Both the position numbers and the translations under genes were made by a program. A stretch of 64,000 nucleotides of DNA from Yuukianura sp. NJ FZ-2021 (Eukaryota). This document shows positions 39,549-51,911 of the stretch, piece after piece. Under the pieces are notes generated by a model. It was given only the letters and a program-made list of their open reading frames with translations, had not been told where the DNA came from and did no database searches. The DNA lies in the NCBI GenBank assembly GCA_046563655.1, contig CM102290.1, positions 8,308,001 through 8,372,000 on the forward strand. Direction: 5' to 3'. Position 1 is the stretch's first letter; each line of letters opens with the position of its first letter.

Positions 39549-40437
39549 CTATTCGTCTGGATTCTCAACTGGTTCACTTCGTTTTTTAACTTTTTTCTTT
39601 CGTTTTTTCAGTTTTCGTTGCGGCTTTTTTCCTGTGCTTGTTGGCCCTTTACTACCTTTGTTCCTGACACTTTTGGCGGCTCGTGCCTGCTTGTCTCCAC
39701 CCAATTCCTCTGCCTCTTCCTTAGCCAAATCTTCTTTGTCCATGATCATGCGCGTGTAAGATTCGTAAGGAAAGTCCTTACATAATTTTCCAGAACAAAG
39801 TTCTTCTGCACACTCGCGACACGTTTTGATCCTAGTTTCTCTAGCTCCACGTTTGGACTTGGTCGTAACGATTCCAAGACTGGCGAGATGAGCCTGGGCA
39901 GGCGGAAGTCCATGAGCTGTATGTGCAAGTACTTTGGCTTCATGTCGAGTTGTGGCTAGACGAAGTTTGGCCAGTTGAACTATTCGGCTAAAAAAGTCTT
40001 CTTCCAGCCGATTCTTCGGACGACAAACAGTGAGCATGCGCCAATTGATTTCAACTGCAGCTAAATCCTCGATTCGGACAGATCGCATGGACAGCGGAAT
40101 TGGATCACCGTAGGGAAATTCCTTCTTCACGCGACTCTTCGTCTCTTTCCGACTGGATACGAAGGACATGTCATCACGCACTCGAGCGTCATCAGGTCGG
40201 ACCTGAAATTTACATGGTGAGATGTCTACATTTTATTTTCCTTAGGATTAATCGTTAATCGATCGATGGAAGGCGAATTTAGGGAGTTACCTTCTCTGGC
40301 CGAATTTTGAATTCGGGAATTCTGTCCAAATACTTTTCAAAGTCCTCCTTGCTTCGGATTTTGACCCGTGACAGGTCAAGGATTTGTGATGGCTCCTTCT
40401 TCTTGTTGATGATGTCGTCGAGCTTAAGGAGAGCCAT
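39549..40437 (-). CDS. Uncharacterised 266-aa basic protein with a Cys-rich motif (CxxCx3Cx4C)
   Basis: Two exons 40437-40291 (ATG GCT CTC...GAG AAG|gtaact) and 40202-39549 (tttcag|GTC CGA...) in phase. Long uninterrupted ORF with FPYGDPIP...INWRMLT...RPKNRLEEDFFSRIVQLAKL and CRECAEELCSGKLC, plus a Lys-rich tail. Confidence 0.75.
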
Positions 40438-40769
40438 GGTGTCGCTATCCTGGTGCAGAAAAACTAAGTCCAGACTGAAAAGTGATGCTGAAGGGGGCAA
40501 AGTCTAGCAAAGGAGAAAAGTTTGATCAATTGATCAATGGAGTGGCGCAGTGGGTCACACATTTCTGCTTGGTGCAACGAGGCATGCCTAATCCAAAGTT
40601 AATTAGAGTAATCGCTCTATTCAATTAATGTTACTTTTACATACACATCAGTACGGGATACAGGAGAGAAGTAAATTTATTACTCGTTCTTAGATCCGAA
40701 TCAGAAAACGTGTGGAATGGAACCTGTGTTGGAAATTGCTGTAACTGGTCCTGTTCTAATGATTAAACT

Positions 40770-41586
40770 TTATGGCTTCTTGTACTCGATCCTCTCAACC
40801 TTGACTTCATTTTCGATTAGTTGATAAACATAGGTGACCACCGTAGAGCTCTGAATGTCCATTAGTACAAAGGAGGGGATAACATGTCTGAAAACAATAA
40901 TACACATATTATATTAAAAAAAACTGGTCAAGCATTTTTTCCAGAGATGGTTAGTACTTTTGAAGGGGATGGTAAGCCCCTGTAGCAGATCCAGGATTAA
41001 TGTAGAACTTATTTTCGTGTTCGTAAGCCTCAAACACATGAGTGTGGCCCGATATCAAAATGTCAACATCCAGTTGTCTTTGGACGATGGCAAGAGCATC
41101 TTGATCTCCCCAAGGCACAATCTGAACAAAACACAAGCGGCAGTTAAAAACAACTGATTCAGACTACTAATTAGAAGTTGAGACGATTGAGGCTAAAGGT
41201 GAAATATAAATAATATGGTGAATCATACTTGATGACCGTGACAAAGTCCAATTCTGAACTGTCCCACAGTTACAACTTTTTGTTCCGGGTAGGACACATG
41301 ATCGTCAAAGTCTCCTTTGACAATATGGACGTCAGCAGCTACTGTTTTCAAGTAATCGTAGGATTCTCTCGTGCACAAATTTCCAGTGCAGAGTATATGC
41401 TGAATTCGACCTGGAGCCAGAAGCTTCTTGAATTTTGCTGGTAATGTTGCAACGCGATGTGGAATATGTAAATCACCGAGAACGAGGACAAGCTAAACAA
41501 ACGATCAACAAATTAGTATTAATTGGTAATTGCCAACGCTCATCTCGACCTCAAATGGTTACTAAAATTTAACATTAGCGTACCAT
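40770..41586 (-). CDS. VPS29: Vacuolar protein sorting-associated protein 29 (retromer subunit)
   Basis: Exons 41586-41584 (ATG only), 41492-41229, 41121-40958, 40887-40770 = 182 aa + stop: [14 protein letters not shown]...HILCTGNLC...HGHQIVPWGD...DILISGHTH...[10 protein letters not shown]...PSFVLMDIQ...[10 protein letters not shown]. Minus-strand AATAAA at 40676-40681. Confidence 0.97.
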
Positions 41587-42238
41587 TGTTTTCAGAAGGG
41601 AGTTGACAAATTTGCTTTCAATACACCATCGATTTCGATAGCCCCCCGGAAGACACCGACAACGGACGTACTATGTACGGCTCTCTAACTCGTCAGTGAC
41701 TTCTCAATGCCCTTCAACTTTAGGTGTCAATTTATCCAGCAATGACTAATTAATTACTTACCAAACTAATTAATTACGAATTGCTCCACCAATACAATTG
41801 TCAATTGCTAATTTGAAGCAAGGAAACTCCCACCTGTCTGCTGTTTACTGAGGTAACTTGAGTTTAGCACCGAAGAACCTAATGACCACTACATGACAAA
41901 TGTTTAGCTGTAACTTTAAATCAAAAGGTCAAAAGGTTATTAAGTTAAGCAAAGTGTTCCTGCGTAGTTTGCTAATTTAATTAATTATGGTTGTAATTAT
42001 CCGTAGTTACTATGAATTACTTCGTCCCATGGTGCTAACGCTATCGATTCCTACATTACCCAAGGAGAGCTAAATTTGAAGCATGAATGCGGGAACAGAA
42101 ACAGGCAAAAGTAGTTGACACTTTTCGCTCCTTTTCTTTGTGTAAGTAAATGTAAAAAGTAGTAACAGGTTTTTTTTAAAGTTCAATTAAAGTATTTCGG
42201 TAATTAATTAGTCTTGCTGATTACTACTGGCTCAGACA
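41587..42238. promoter_or_regulatory. Head-to-head (bidirectional) promoter region between VPS29 and RFC2
   Basis: Start codons diverge with 652 bp between them. A near-DRE motif TATCGATT (7/8 match to TATCGATA) lies at ~42042. Confidence 0.55.
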
Positions 42239-43960
42239 ATGTCAAGTGAAATGGAGGTCGATGACGACCTGGAACAAACTGTACTCGAAGACGACCAGGA
42301 GCAAACTGTGCTGGATGATGAGTTTTTGCCTTGGTAAGTTTTGTGATACTAGATATACTATGTAATTTATCATAACGATAGCAGATATGATATGTACTGC
42401 TCTGTATGTCATTATTAATTGATTACTGTCAATTACTAAGCGACTGATGTGTCATTGGTTTTTAGGATTGAGAAGTATCGTCCTCAAACCTTTGAAGATA
42501 TTGTGGGAAATGAAGCAGTGGTTGCCCGGCTCTCCGTATTTGCTGAATCAGGAAACATGCCTAATCTAATTTTGGCAGTAAGTTCACACATGATTGGTTT
42601 GTGGACGGCATTTATCTTAATTGTTTTTATTATGACTAGGGCGCCCCAGGAGTTGGGAAAACTACAACGATTCTGTGCTTGGCCAAAATCTTCTTGAAGG
42701 ACAAGTTTGACAGTGCCGTTTTAGAACTGAATGCTTCCAGTGACCGTGGTCTGGATGTCGTCCGGAATCAAATCAAGTTGTTCGCCCAGCAGAAAATCTC
42801 TTTGCCAGAAGGAAAGCACAAGATCATCATTTTGGATGAAGCTGACAGGTACTACAGGACTACTACTTTTCAACTACTTTTTTTAGTAGCGGAGATTGGA
42901 GATGCCCAAAATCATTGAAATCGGATATAAAAAGAAAAAACGTTCTTACTTGTTTTCTTTCTGCTATTACAGTATGACTGAAGGAGCTCAGCAAGCTCTC
43001 CGTCGAACAATGGAGCTCTATTCTGACAATACCCGCTTTGCATTAGCTTGCAACAACAGTGAAAAAATTATTCCACCAATCCAGTCACGTTGTGCAGTCA
43101 TTCGGTTTGGAAAACTCACCGATGCTCAAATCTTGGCTAAAATCCTTCAAGTTTGTGACCTTGAGAAGGTAACTCGTTACAAGTTTTACAGAACAGAAAA
43201 CTCAATTTGTCAAGGAGTTTGTGCCATTTTGTTAATCCTCAACAAATTCATTTTTTGTTTGAATTTTTCAAATATTTTGGCAGATTTCTTATACTGATGA
43301 GGGATTAGAGGCCATCATTTTTACCGCTCAAGGCGACATGCGACAAGCACTGAACAACTTACAGGCAACTTACCATGGTTTCGGCACAATCACGCCCGAT
43401 AACGTATTCAAGGTCAGTTTTTCAAAATTGAACAACACAGTTATCCAAGTTTTTGAGAAAAAGATAAATTGTTGTTTTTTTTTAATTAAAAAAATTTTTT
43501 TTTAAATTTAGGTATGTGACGAGCCGTCTCCCGTCGCTGTTCAAGAAATGCTTCAACACTGCAGTGAGGGAAAGATCGACGAAGCCTACAAAATCATTAC
43601 ACACTTTTGGAAGTTGGGTTACTCCCCAGAAGATCTCGTTGGAAACATTTTCCGTGTAGCCAAAACTGCCAAACTACCAGAGTACCTCAAACTAGAATTC
43701 ATTCGAGTAAGTTTTAAAAAAAAAACTTCTCTTCCTCTTCAACGAGAAACGAGGAGGAGGACATCCATCATAGCACGGACCATAAAAAAGTGTCCGACAC
43801 CAGTAACAAAAAAACATCTTCTCTTCATTCTTCTTTTTACTTTTAACTTTTTTTTTCTGTTTAGGAAATTGGGCTTTGTCACATTCGAATTGCCGAGGGA
43901 ATGAACACATTTGTTCAATTGACTGGCCTCATCGCCTCTCTCTGTAGTTTGAAACACTAA
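42239..43960 (+). CDS. RFC2: Replication factor C small subunit (RFC 40 kDa, human RFC2 / fly RfC4 type)
   Basis: Exons 42239-42333, 42466-42577, 42640-42848, 42973-43168, 43284-43412, 43512-43706, 43865-43960 = 343 aa + stop. PWIEKYRP, Walker [68 protein letters not shown]. Confidence 0.95.
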
Positions 43961-45301
43961 CAAACTCCAACTCAGAAACGAATGAGGAACGGAACGTTTT
44001 TGTTACAAGTGGATTTTCTGTGGGAAAAACTACAACTACATCTTCAAATTCTCAAGTTTTTGCCGCTCTGGCTCATTCCGTAACTTTTTCAAAAAAAAAT
44101 TAAAAATGAAACCCAACGACCGTTGATATGAGAAATTATTCCTTGTTATTTTTTCTTCTTCAGAACGACGGATCGATGTTACTTTATTCTAAATTCAAGA
44201 TTTCTGAAACTCTGATTTTCAAAACACCGTCGCCTCACATACATGTCGTTTTTTCAAGAGAAAAGAGGCTTTCTTCAAGCTCTCATTCTGAATAGAGTTT
44301 TTACTTCAGGCGTTTCAAAAATATCTCAAAGTCATTTCAAGTATTGGAATTGAGAAACTTCGAGATTTTTTGCATAACTGCATAAATTTCAAAACGGCAT
44401 TTCTCGAAACGTATGCCGATTCCACTAGGTTAACCCGAGTTTGAGATATTTTGGACCGGTTTCGTTTCACGAACTCTTTCATGAACTTTGTTTCGTTCCG
44501 AACCAGAATCTTGCTTGACAAGGACCTTGATAAGGACATGGACCAACCGTGTTGGTCTGTGAACCTTGTTCTGGACGAACTTTGTTCAGAACGAGAGTTG
44601 GGTTTAGAACGGGACTGGTTGGAAATCTTTGTTCTGAACAAGATTTGTGTGTTGAAATGAGTTTAAGGGCCACGCGTCTGGATGCGGTGAGGTTGACTGT
44701 AGTTGTGGTGGAAGTAGTTGGTGGTTGTGCGTGTTTGAGATGTAGCTGAGTGTTTGTTGGGTGAGTTCTTGAGAGGTGTTTCCACTTACAAAAGAGTCTT
44801 TTGTCCCAAACAGCAGGGAGTCCACTTGAATCCGTGTGGAGATGTTTATGATGAGAATGGGCACAAGAAAAAAGATCATCAAGCAGAAGAGGAGAGAAAA
44901 CAATAGAAGACTCCTATTTTTAGGTGGTTCCGACACAAGGGAATCAAGGACTGCCTTACATTGTTGTTGTCCTCAGAGAGAGCCTTAAGTCCTGGCCCAA
45001 GGGCCCTTCCTCAAGTCCCTTTCCGCTTGATTAATGAGAGCGAGGAGAAGGGATTAGTCCATCAGGAATCTTCGGACGAGGGCAGGAATCCAGAGCTAAC
45101 GTCCAACACTCGGCAGGATTTCCTCAAATCATCGGTTCAGCTAGTAATCTTCATGGTCGTGACTCAAAAGCGAATTTAGACTTTGCTAGCCACCGGTACT
45201 GAACGAGCTGAGTCGAACGCAGGCCTGGATAAGCTACGTCGGTCGCAGCTGGCCTGGAAAAAGCAAATCAATCCCAGCAACCCAAAATCATCTTCAGATA
45301 A

Positions 45302-45770
45302 CCGCGACAAACTACGTCATTTGCAGCTAGCCGCGACAGGCTAAGTCATTTGCAGCTAGCCGCGACAGACTAAGTCATTTGCAGCTAGCCGCGACAGGCT
45401 AAGTCATTTGCTGCTAGCCGCGACAGGCTAAGTCATTTGCAGCTAGCCGCGACAACCTAAGTCATTTGCAGTTAGCCGCGACAAGCTAAGTCATTTGCAG
45501 CTAGCCGCGACAACCTAAGTCATTTGCAGCTAGCCGCGACAACCTAAGTCATTTGCAGCTAGCCGCGACAGGCTAAGTCATTTGCTGCTAGCCGCGACAG
45601 GCTAAGTCATTTGCTGCTAGCCGCGACAACCTAAGTCATTTGCAGTTAGCCGCGACAGGCTAAGTCATTTGCTGCTAGCCGCGACAGGCTAAGTCATTTG
45701 CAGCTAGCCGCGACAGGCTAAGTCATTTGTAGCTAACCACAACAAGCTAAGTCATTTTTAGCTAACCGGG
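45302..45770. repeat. 29-bp minisatellite, ~16 copies
   Basis: Consensus CCGCGACAGGCTAAGTCATTTGCAGCTAG, with variants (ACAACC/ACAGGC; GCAG/GCTG) and degenerate ends. Confidence 0.95.
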
Positions 45771-48700
45771 ACGAGCTTGGTCAATCGCAGCTGACCAGAC
45801 TTGTACGGTATCACATTTTTGAGGACTTCGGAAACGTTCGATCTTTCATTTTGAGGATAACCTCAAAGTTATTTCTCATCACTGAACGCAGTAGCCTGAG
45901 TCCATTGTCTCAGAAAACAACAAAAGGCATAGTCCTCTCACCAACAACAATCGACCAGAACTGCAACAATGAAGTACCGAGAGAAAGAGAAAAAAAAACG
46001 GCGGTGTGGGCTGCCTGCGCCCCACCGCGGGGGTGGAACATATTCCCACTGGCCCCATGGCGGGGAGGATGACATCCGCCGCCGCTGTTAGCAGGAGTGA
46101 GAGAAACAGTCGGAAGCAGAGATAAGACTTTTCTGGTCGTTCGGAGTGGGAGACTCCCATGACAAAAGACTCGGGAGATAAGAAAAGTCGACGGCGCGCC
46201 AGTTTTTGAATTTCGAGCGCAACAGCATCAGCTTCCAGCATCAGCATCAGCACAGAGTGAGGGGGAACTTTGGTATTCTGGAAGATCCGTATCTTCCCGC
46301 GCAAAAAGTACCCCTCTGACCCTGTGACCCCCCTTAAGGGATCACCTAACACCCACCCTCACACGTGCAGAATTTTGGAGTCTCCAAGGGCCCCCCTCTC
46401 CATTGAAGCGTTCAATGTTCCAGCGGTTTGAGTTTTTCGAGAGAAAAAAAAACTCAAAACATTTTTTTTAAATCTGAAAACTTTAATTTTTTGAAATCCG
46501 GAGCCCTTGGAACAAGATTCAACTCCCATGAAATTAAAGAAGATTAAAGATCAAGAGGGCCCTTGGCCTAAAACTTTTCTTTCTTCCTGTTTCTTGTTTC
46601 GTTTTGGAATTTTTGAAATTTTGAAGTTTTGGAGTTTTAAAAAATCTATTTTTTTTAGAATTCTGACGCAACTTTTGTTTGCAACCTTTGTGGAAACGTA
46701 AGGGCTCCAGTAGGTTTTTATGCGGAAGTGACGAAGCAGAAGACCACCACCGCAGGAGACTTGAACTCTCACCTTTTTGAGCCCTTCTAATCCAAATCCA
46801 ACTGAAATTCATTCAAATCCGTCATTGATACACCATAAGGGTCCCCCGGACCCTTCGTCCCTCTTGTACATCCAGATGTTTGACCCTTTTTCAAAAATGG
46901 GACCCTTAACAGCGAACTTGTGTGCTGCATGATCAACTGGCAAATTGGAATTGTTTCCATGTCGAAGGGATCCAACTTCACTAGAGACTCGTGGAGGGGT
47001 CACGAGTTTGACCCCTCAAGGGCCCTTAACCATGAGCTTAATGCTGTGCTACAAATTTTAAAAATTTAAAAATTCAAATTTTTTAAGTTCAAGTTTTGTT
47101 GGTATGACGCAGTCAAGGAGAACTAAAGGTGGGGGTGGGCCCTTTAAGGGACAAAAGACCGTGACAGTAACACGAAGCAGGGGCTAATTGAGACATTTTC
47201 AGAAGACTTTTTTGGAGTGACGGTGACAGGCAGCAAAGTCGTGTGCGTCTCGAATCCCGCCACGCGTAATATTTTCACGCTGCTGCTGTTGCATAACTTA
47301 TTACTATACAGAAAAGACTAATTTTCACGCGCGAAAATCGACGGAGCCGGGAGAATCCTATTCATTTGATTACGAAAGTGACAACAAGGCAGGAAAGGAG
47401 GAAGGCACGTGCTGATCGTTAGTCTCTTTTTTACGCCACCACCGCACCAACGACATTATTGTAAGCATATCCTTTCCGCCCATTTTCAAATTTCAAAAAA
47501 CTTTGAATTTTCCCGCCTCCTTCATTGCCCCCCCCCCTCCCTGCAGGGGGCGGTGGGCATTAAGTCCTAGTGTTCCCCCTCCCCAATTGTTACCCAAGAA
47601 GGAACGACGACGATCTTCCCTCTGATTCCACATGCATTTAGACGAGCTCATTAACTCACATATCTCCGCAACCGCCGCGAGTCCTCCCGTTTTACTTTCA
47701 CTTTTATACTTTCCCTCCAAAATTTTCAAATTTGAAAAAAGCTGGAAAATATTTTTTTTTGAGCCAAGGGGACCCTTAACGGCCCAAATTCACTTCTCAG
47801 AACTAAGCATTTCCTATTGTATTTTCCTGAAGGGTCCCCCAGTCCCCCTTTTCTTTTCCATTTTTTGTTAAAGGGGGAACGTGTCAGTTTTTTTGAAACA
47901 TTAAAAATTTCTGGGCGGAGTGGACATATAAATGTCTTAAAAATTCTTGAGTTTGACCTGAGTCGGTGACCCCGTGGGGTTCCCCGCTGCGTTTCTAGGG
48001 ATTTGGGACACTTGTGGAAGGGGCAGCGGGGGGCCCTTTGAACCAAAAAAGACGAAGGGTCTTCACCCTCTCCGCCTTTAATGCACTACAACTTTGACCA
48101 CAAGTCACTTTTCAATGTCAAAGGCCCCTCCTGTGCCCTTTGACCTTCCCAGGTTGTCTCACATGCCAAAATGTCAGACAAATGTAAATGTAAACTTTTA
48201 CATTTTTACGCTTTTACATTTTTACATTTATTGTTATGGTAGGGTTGGGTTTTTGCAGGGCGAAGGGGAACTTTCTCCCTCGCCCTCTCTTTTCCTTCCG
48301 CTTTGAAGAATGAAAATGAGCTTTTCTTATCTCGCCAAAGTGAAAGTTGATCTTGGGCCTTGGAGTCATCCTGGTCCTGGAGCAGTTTGGGAGGAGAATG
48401 GGGGAGGGTGATCGGTTGGGATAAACAGCGGCGGTGTTTTTTGAAAAAGAAAGTTTAAGTTTCGATGTTAAAAAAAAAGAGCGCTTGTTTATGAAATTGT
48501 TTTTTGAAATAACAGCGAGAGAGTTTGCGGAAATAACTGCGAATATTTTTTACAAAAAATTCAAACTAAATTTTTGTTCCATCCTTTCAAAATTCCCGAG
48601 GGAGTAATTCATTTACGTCGCAAATTCGCGAGAAAACAAAAACAGAGAGGTTTGCATACTTTTTTTGACATTTTTTTTTGAAAGAGTTTGTTCAAAATTT

Positions 48701-50696
48701 TGAAACATGGAAAGTGTAGCAATGCTTGTTTATGTTGAGATAAGGAACCACGATATGGAAATTGAATCAGTGAAAGTTTGGAGGTGTTTCCCGGAAACGG
48801 ATGTTTTTCTTGTCTACAAAAGTCTAAGTGGATTTTACATATAAAAAGGGAGGAAAAGAACTAAGTTCAAAGGGCATCATGATGTTCATGTGTTGAAAAG
48901 CGCTAAAGTTTAAAATTTTCTTTTCAAATTTTCCCGCTCTCTTCAACTTTTTATTTCCGCTCACTCATTTTCTTCTTCTTTTCCACATAGACTTTTTTTA
49001 CAAGAAAAGTTTTCTCCTTACTACCATCATCATCCTTTTCCCTTGAACTTTTTGAAAATCGTATTTTCCAAAACGGAGGGAACTTTTGAAAATCGTATTC
49101 CCCGACAGAGGGAAATTTTGAAATGTGGAAGTGACATGGGAAGCTGCTGGGGTTTTGGTGGAGATGTCAGGAACAGAAGACTGTGTAGAGAGGGAGGGAG
49201 GAGGGGGAGTGGGGAGGACGACGTCGTCGCCTGACCTGGGCACTGCGATAAGCGCACTCACTCCCCACCCAGCGACCCCCCCCCCTCTTTCACCAACTTT
49301 TGAATTTCATATCTCCCGCTTCCAGAAGAACACAAAGAGCTGGGCTGTTGTCGGGCATAAAACATTCAGCGATTTAAAGGTTTGGGTCACGACAAACGAC
49401 AAAGACGGACGACGGCAGGCGCTTACAGCGTTCGAAAAATGCTCAGAAAAAAAAACTTTAGAACAATTGAAAATTTTAAAACGCGCTAGAATATTTTTTC
49501 CTAGCAACACTGCCTGTACTGTTTCTGTCACGGATTAAAATTTGAACAGAACTCTGAGATTTAAAAATTCGCTGGCGTTTCTCGTACTCTAACCTTCGTC
49601 CCAAAAAATTGCTTGTGCGTTTTCAACTGATGGGTGTTCTACAGTTTACGCAATGCTCTATTTAATACTGTGTTTCATTTAGCTGTTTCTGCTTAAATTT
49701 TTTATGGAGTATTATGTTTTTTAAGGAATTGCATAAAATGTTACAGAATTGCTAAGTTAAAAGTAACTATGAAGTGTAAAATGTTACATAACCAAACCGT
49801 TGCAAGTAAAATTTGAGTTTCCAGGGTCAAAAAACTGCAAAAAGTGATTCGTCACTTGACGGACAAGCGTAGGGAGGGGGGTCGTTGGAAGGTCACGCTA
49901 CATGCTGTGACACTCGAAGACGCCAAACTTTAAATTCAAAAAACCTTGTTTTTTGCAATGTTTTTTTAACTCGAATTGAATCAATCACGGTTTTATCTAT
50001 TCTGCCAATAATGCAATACCGCAAAATATTTGAAAAAAAAAATTCAACAAACTTTGAATTTTTTGATTTTTTGTTTTGTTTTTTAATATTTTTTTGTAAA
50101 ACAACCAACTGGGACAATGAATTTTTTGGCACTAACTTTTAGAAAATTTTGAAAAAAAGTCTTTTTGTTGTTTGAAAGAGAAGCCGACCTGCGCGAATTT
50201 ATGTTCCGTGTGCTCGTTAAAAGTGTTTTTTTGGTGTATGCAGGTGCGAAAGGTTCATAAAAAGTGTAGTTCTGTGGAGAGAGACTTAAGGGGGAGGGAG
50301 AGGTCAAAGGTCAACCTCCCTTTATTACTTTCTTCACATCTCCAACTGCGCATCATGACTCTCCTTTTCTACTTTTTAAGGCACAGAAAGAAGCCTTCCA
50401 AGGCCATTTCCATCAATTAACCTCACCACTTCCTATTGTCTTTTCCTCCATGCAAAGGGCCCCTCTTTTTACTTTTACAATTTCTATTCATTCATCTAGT
50501 TCCGTAATATTTCTACTGACGGCCCAGCATCTACGCTCAAAAAATAAGAAATACCGTACAACTACCAAAATTGGTTTTGATTCTGTGAGAAGAAATGCCA
50601 TGTACTACCAACACTGCAAATTTTGAATTTAATTTATGAAATTAAATGTTTACAAATTAAAAACAATCAAAAGAAAGTACAAAAATAAGCAAAATA

Positions 50697-50895
50697 CCGT
50701 AAATCCTCGAATAACAACCTCAAACACCTAAACGAGACAAAATAAAGTTTTTTTTATTCTCATTCCATTTAAAAAAAAATTTTAGTAACTACTTTTTTTG
50801 TTAATATTTTTTTGAACTTGGCTCAACTTTTGAATGAGTTTTTGGAAGTTTTGAGCGGTACTAGCCTAAGGGTGTAATATTTTGACGATTTACGG
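50697..50895. mobile_element. Degenerate Tc1/mariner-superfamily (pogo/Tc2-type) MITE, ~200 bp
   Basis: TA|CCGTAAATCCTCGAATAACAACC at the left end and GGTGTAATATTTTGACGATTTACGG|TA at the right end: imperfect TIRs starting CCGTAAATC, flanked by TA, with an AT-rich non-coding interior. Confidence 0.55.
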
Positions 50896-51886
50896 TAATT
50901 TTGTTAAAAATGACTATAAAAAAGCGGAGAAGCCTTGAAAATTGACCTCGTGTAAATAAATTGGCCAAAATGTGTTTCAATACGAATCCCAAAAGAGTCG
51001 ATGAGGTAAAGGGGGAGGCCCATTGTCAATCTCTGGCCTGTCAACAATACAATGCTTGAAAAAAAAGAAACAAAAGAAGAGGGAGAGCAGCCAACAGATG
51101 ACAATAGACACACATTCTTTATTTTTAGGACACACTTTTTCAAAAAAAGGAGAAAAAAGAACAAGTGGAGTCACAACTGGTTCGAAATTTGGTAGGGTCA
51201 AAGGTCACCATCATCAAAAATTCACATTTTCACTTGCTAACTTGCTGGCAGCTTGTTCACTTTCTCTTCAATGCTACTTTCTCTCACGATATTCCCGCCT
51301 TCAGAGGCAAATTAGCATGAATTCGATGTAAAAATTTATGCCCAAAATTAAACTTATTAAAATTTGACTTTTGGGGTAACGTGAGATCTTCGTTTACAAA
51401 CAGAAATCAGGCATTTGTGGACAAAATTGTGCAATAAATTTTAAATTTGGGGCACCTTGAGATTTTTATGCACGACGTATACGAAGATAAATTTAAGCAA
51501 ATGAAGAACTTTATGCATAGCATGGCATCAAAATACATTTGAGTACCAAATGATTGATTTGAATGATTTTTGTTCACAAATTATGCAACTTAACTTCAAA
51601 TCTGGGGTAAGTTGAGATTTTCCTTCACAAGTTACCTAAACACCAACTTTTGTAATGACAAATTTTCTTAATCATAAATTACGGAAACAGCACTTGTTGT
51701 TCCGAGCGGATGCATGACAACAAGTTGACATTGGAAGGGGGCTGTAACGCGGGAGGGGTGGGGGTAATTTTTCGTCGCTTTCTCTCAGTTCAGTGCTCAT
51801 CTCCCGTGTAATTGGAATGGAATTGGAAGTGATCGCGGGTCGTCTGGTGGTGACTTAGCGGAGAAGGGAGTCTAACCCCCCTTCCA

Positions 51887-51911
51887 TAACCTAACCTTAA
51901 CCTAACCTAAC
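51887..51911. repeat. Short interstitial (TAACC/TTAGG)n array
   Basis: TAACCTAACCTTAACCTAACCTAAC. Similar degenerate runs near 504-515, 55985-56018 and 63757-63820. Confidence 0.55.

Noticed and set aside
42334..42465. Box C/D snoRNA in RFC2 intron 1 (TGTGATA...CTGA)
   Set aside because: The C box is non-consensus, and there is no terminal stem or evident rRNA antisense element.
45302..45770. 29-bp repeat as a CRISPR array
   Set aside because: Units are head-to-tail with no unique spacers, there are no cas genes, and the context is eukaryotic. It is a minisatellite.
45815..45840. TTGAGGACTTCGGAAAC as a minimal hammerhead ribozyme core
   Set aside because: The conserved C of CUGANGA is missing and no convincing stems I and III were found.
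45879..46352. 157-aa minus-strand ORF as a gene
   Set aside because: No recognisable domain, non-ATG start, and it lies in a locally GC-rich stretch where long chance ORFs are expected.
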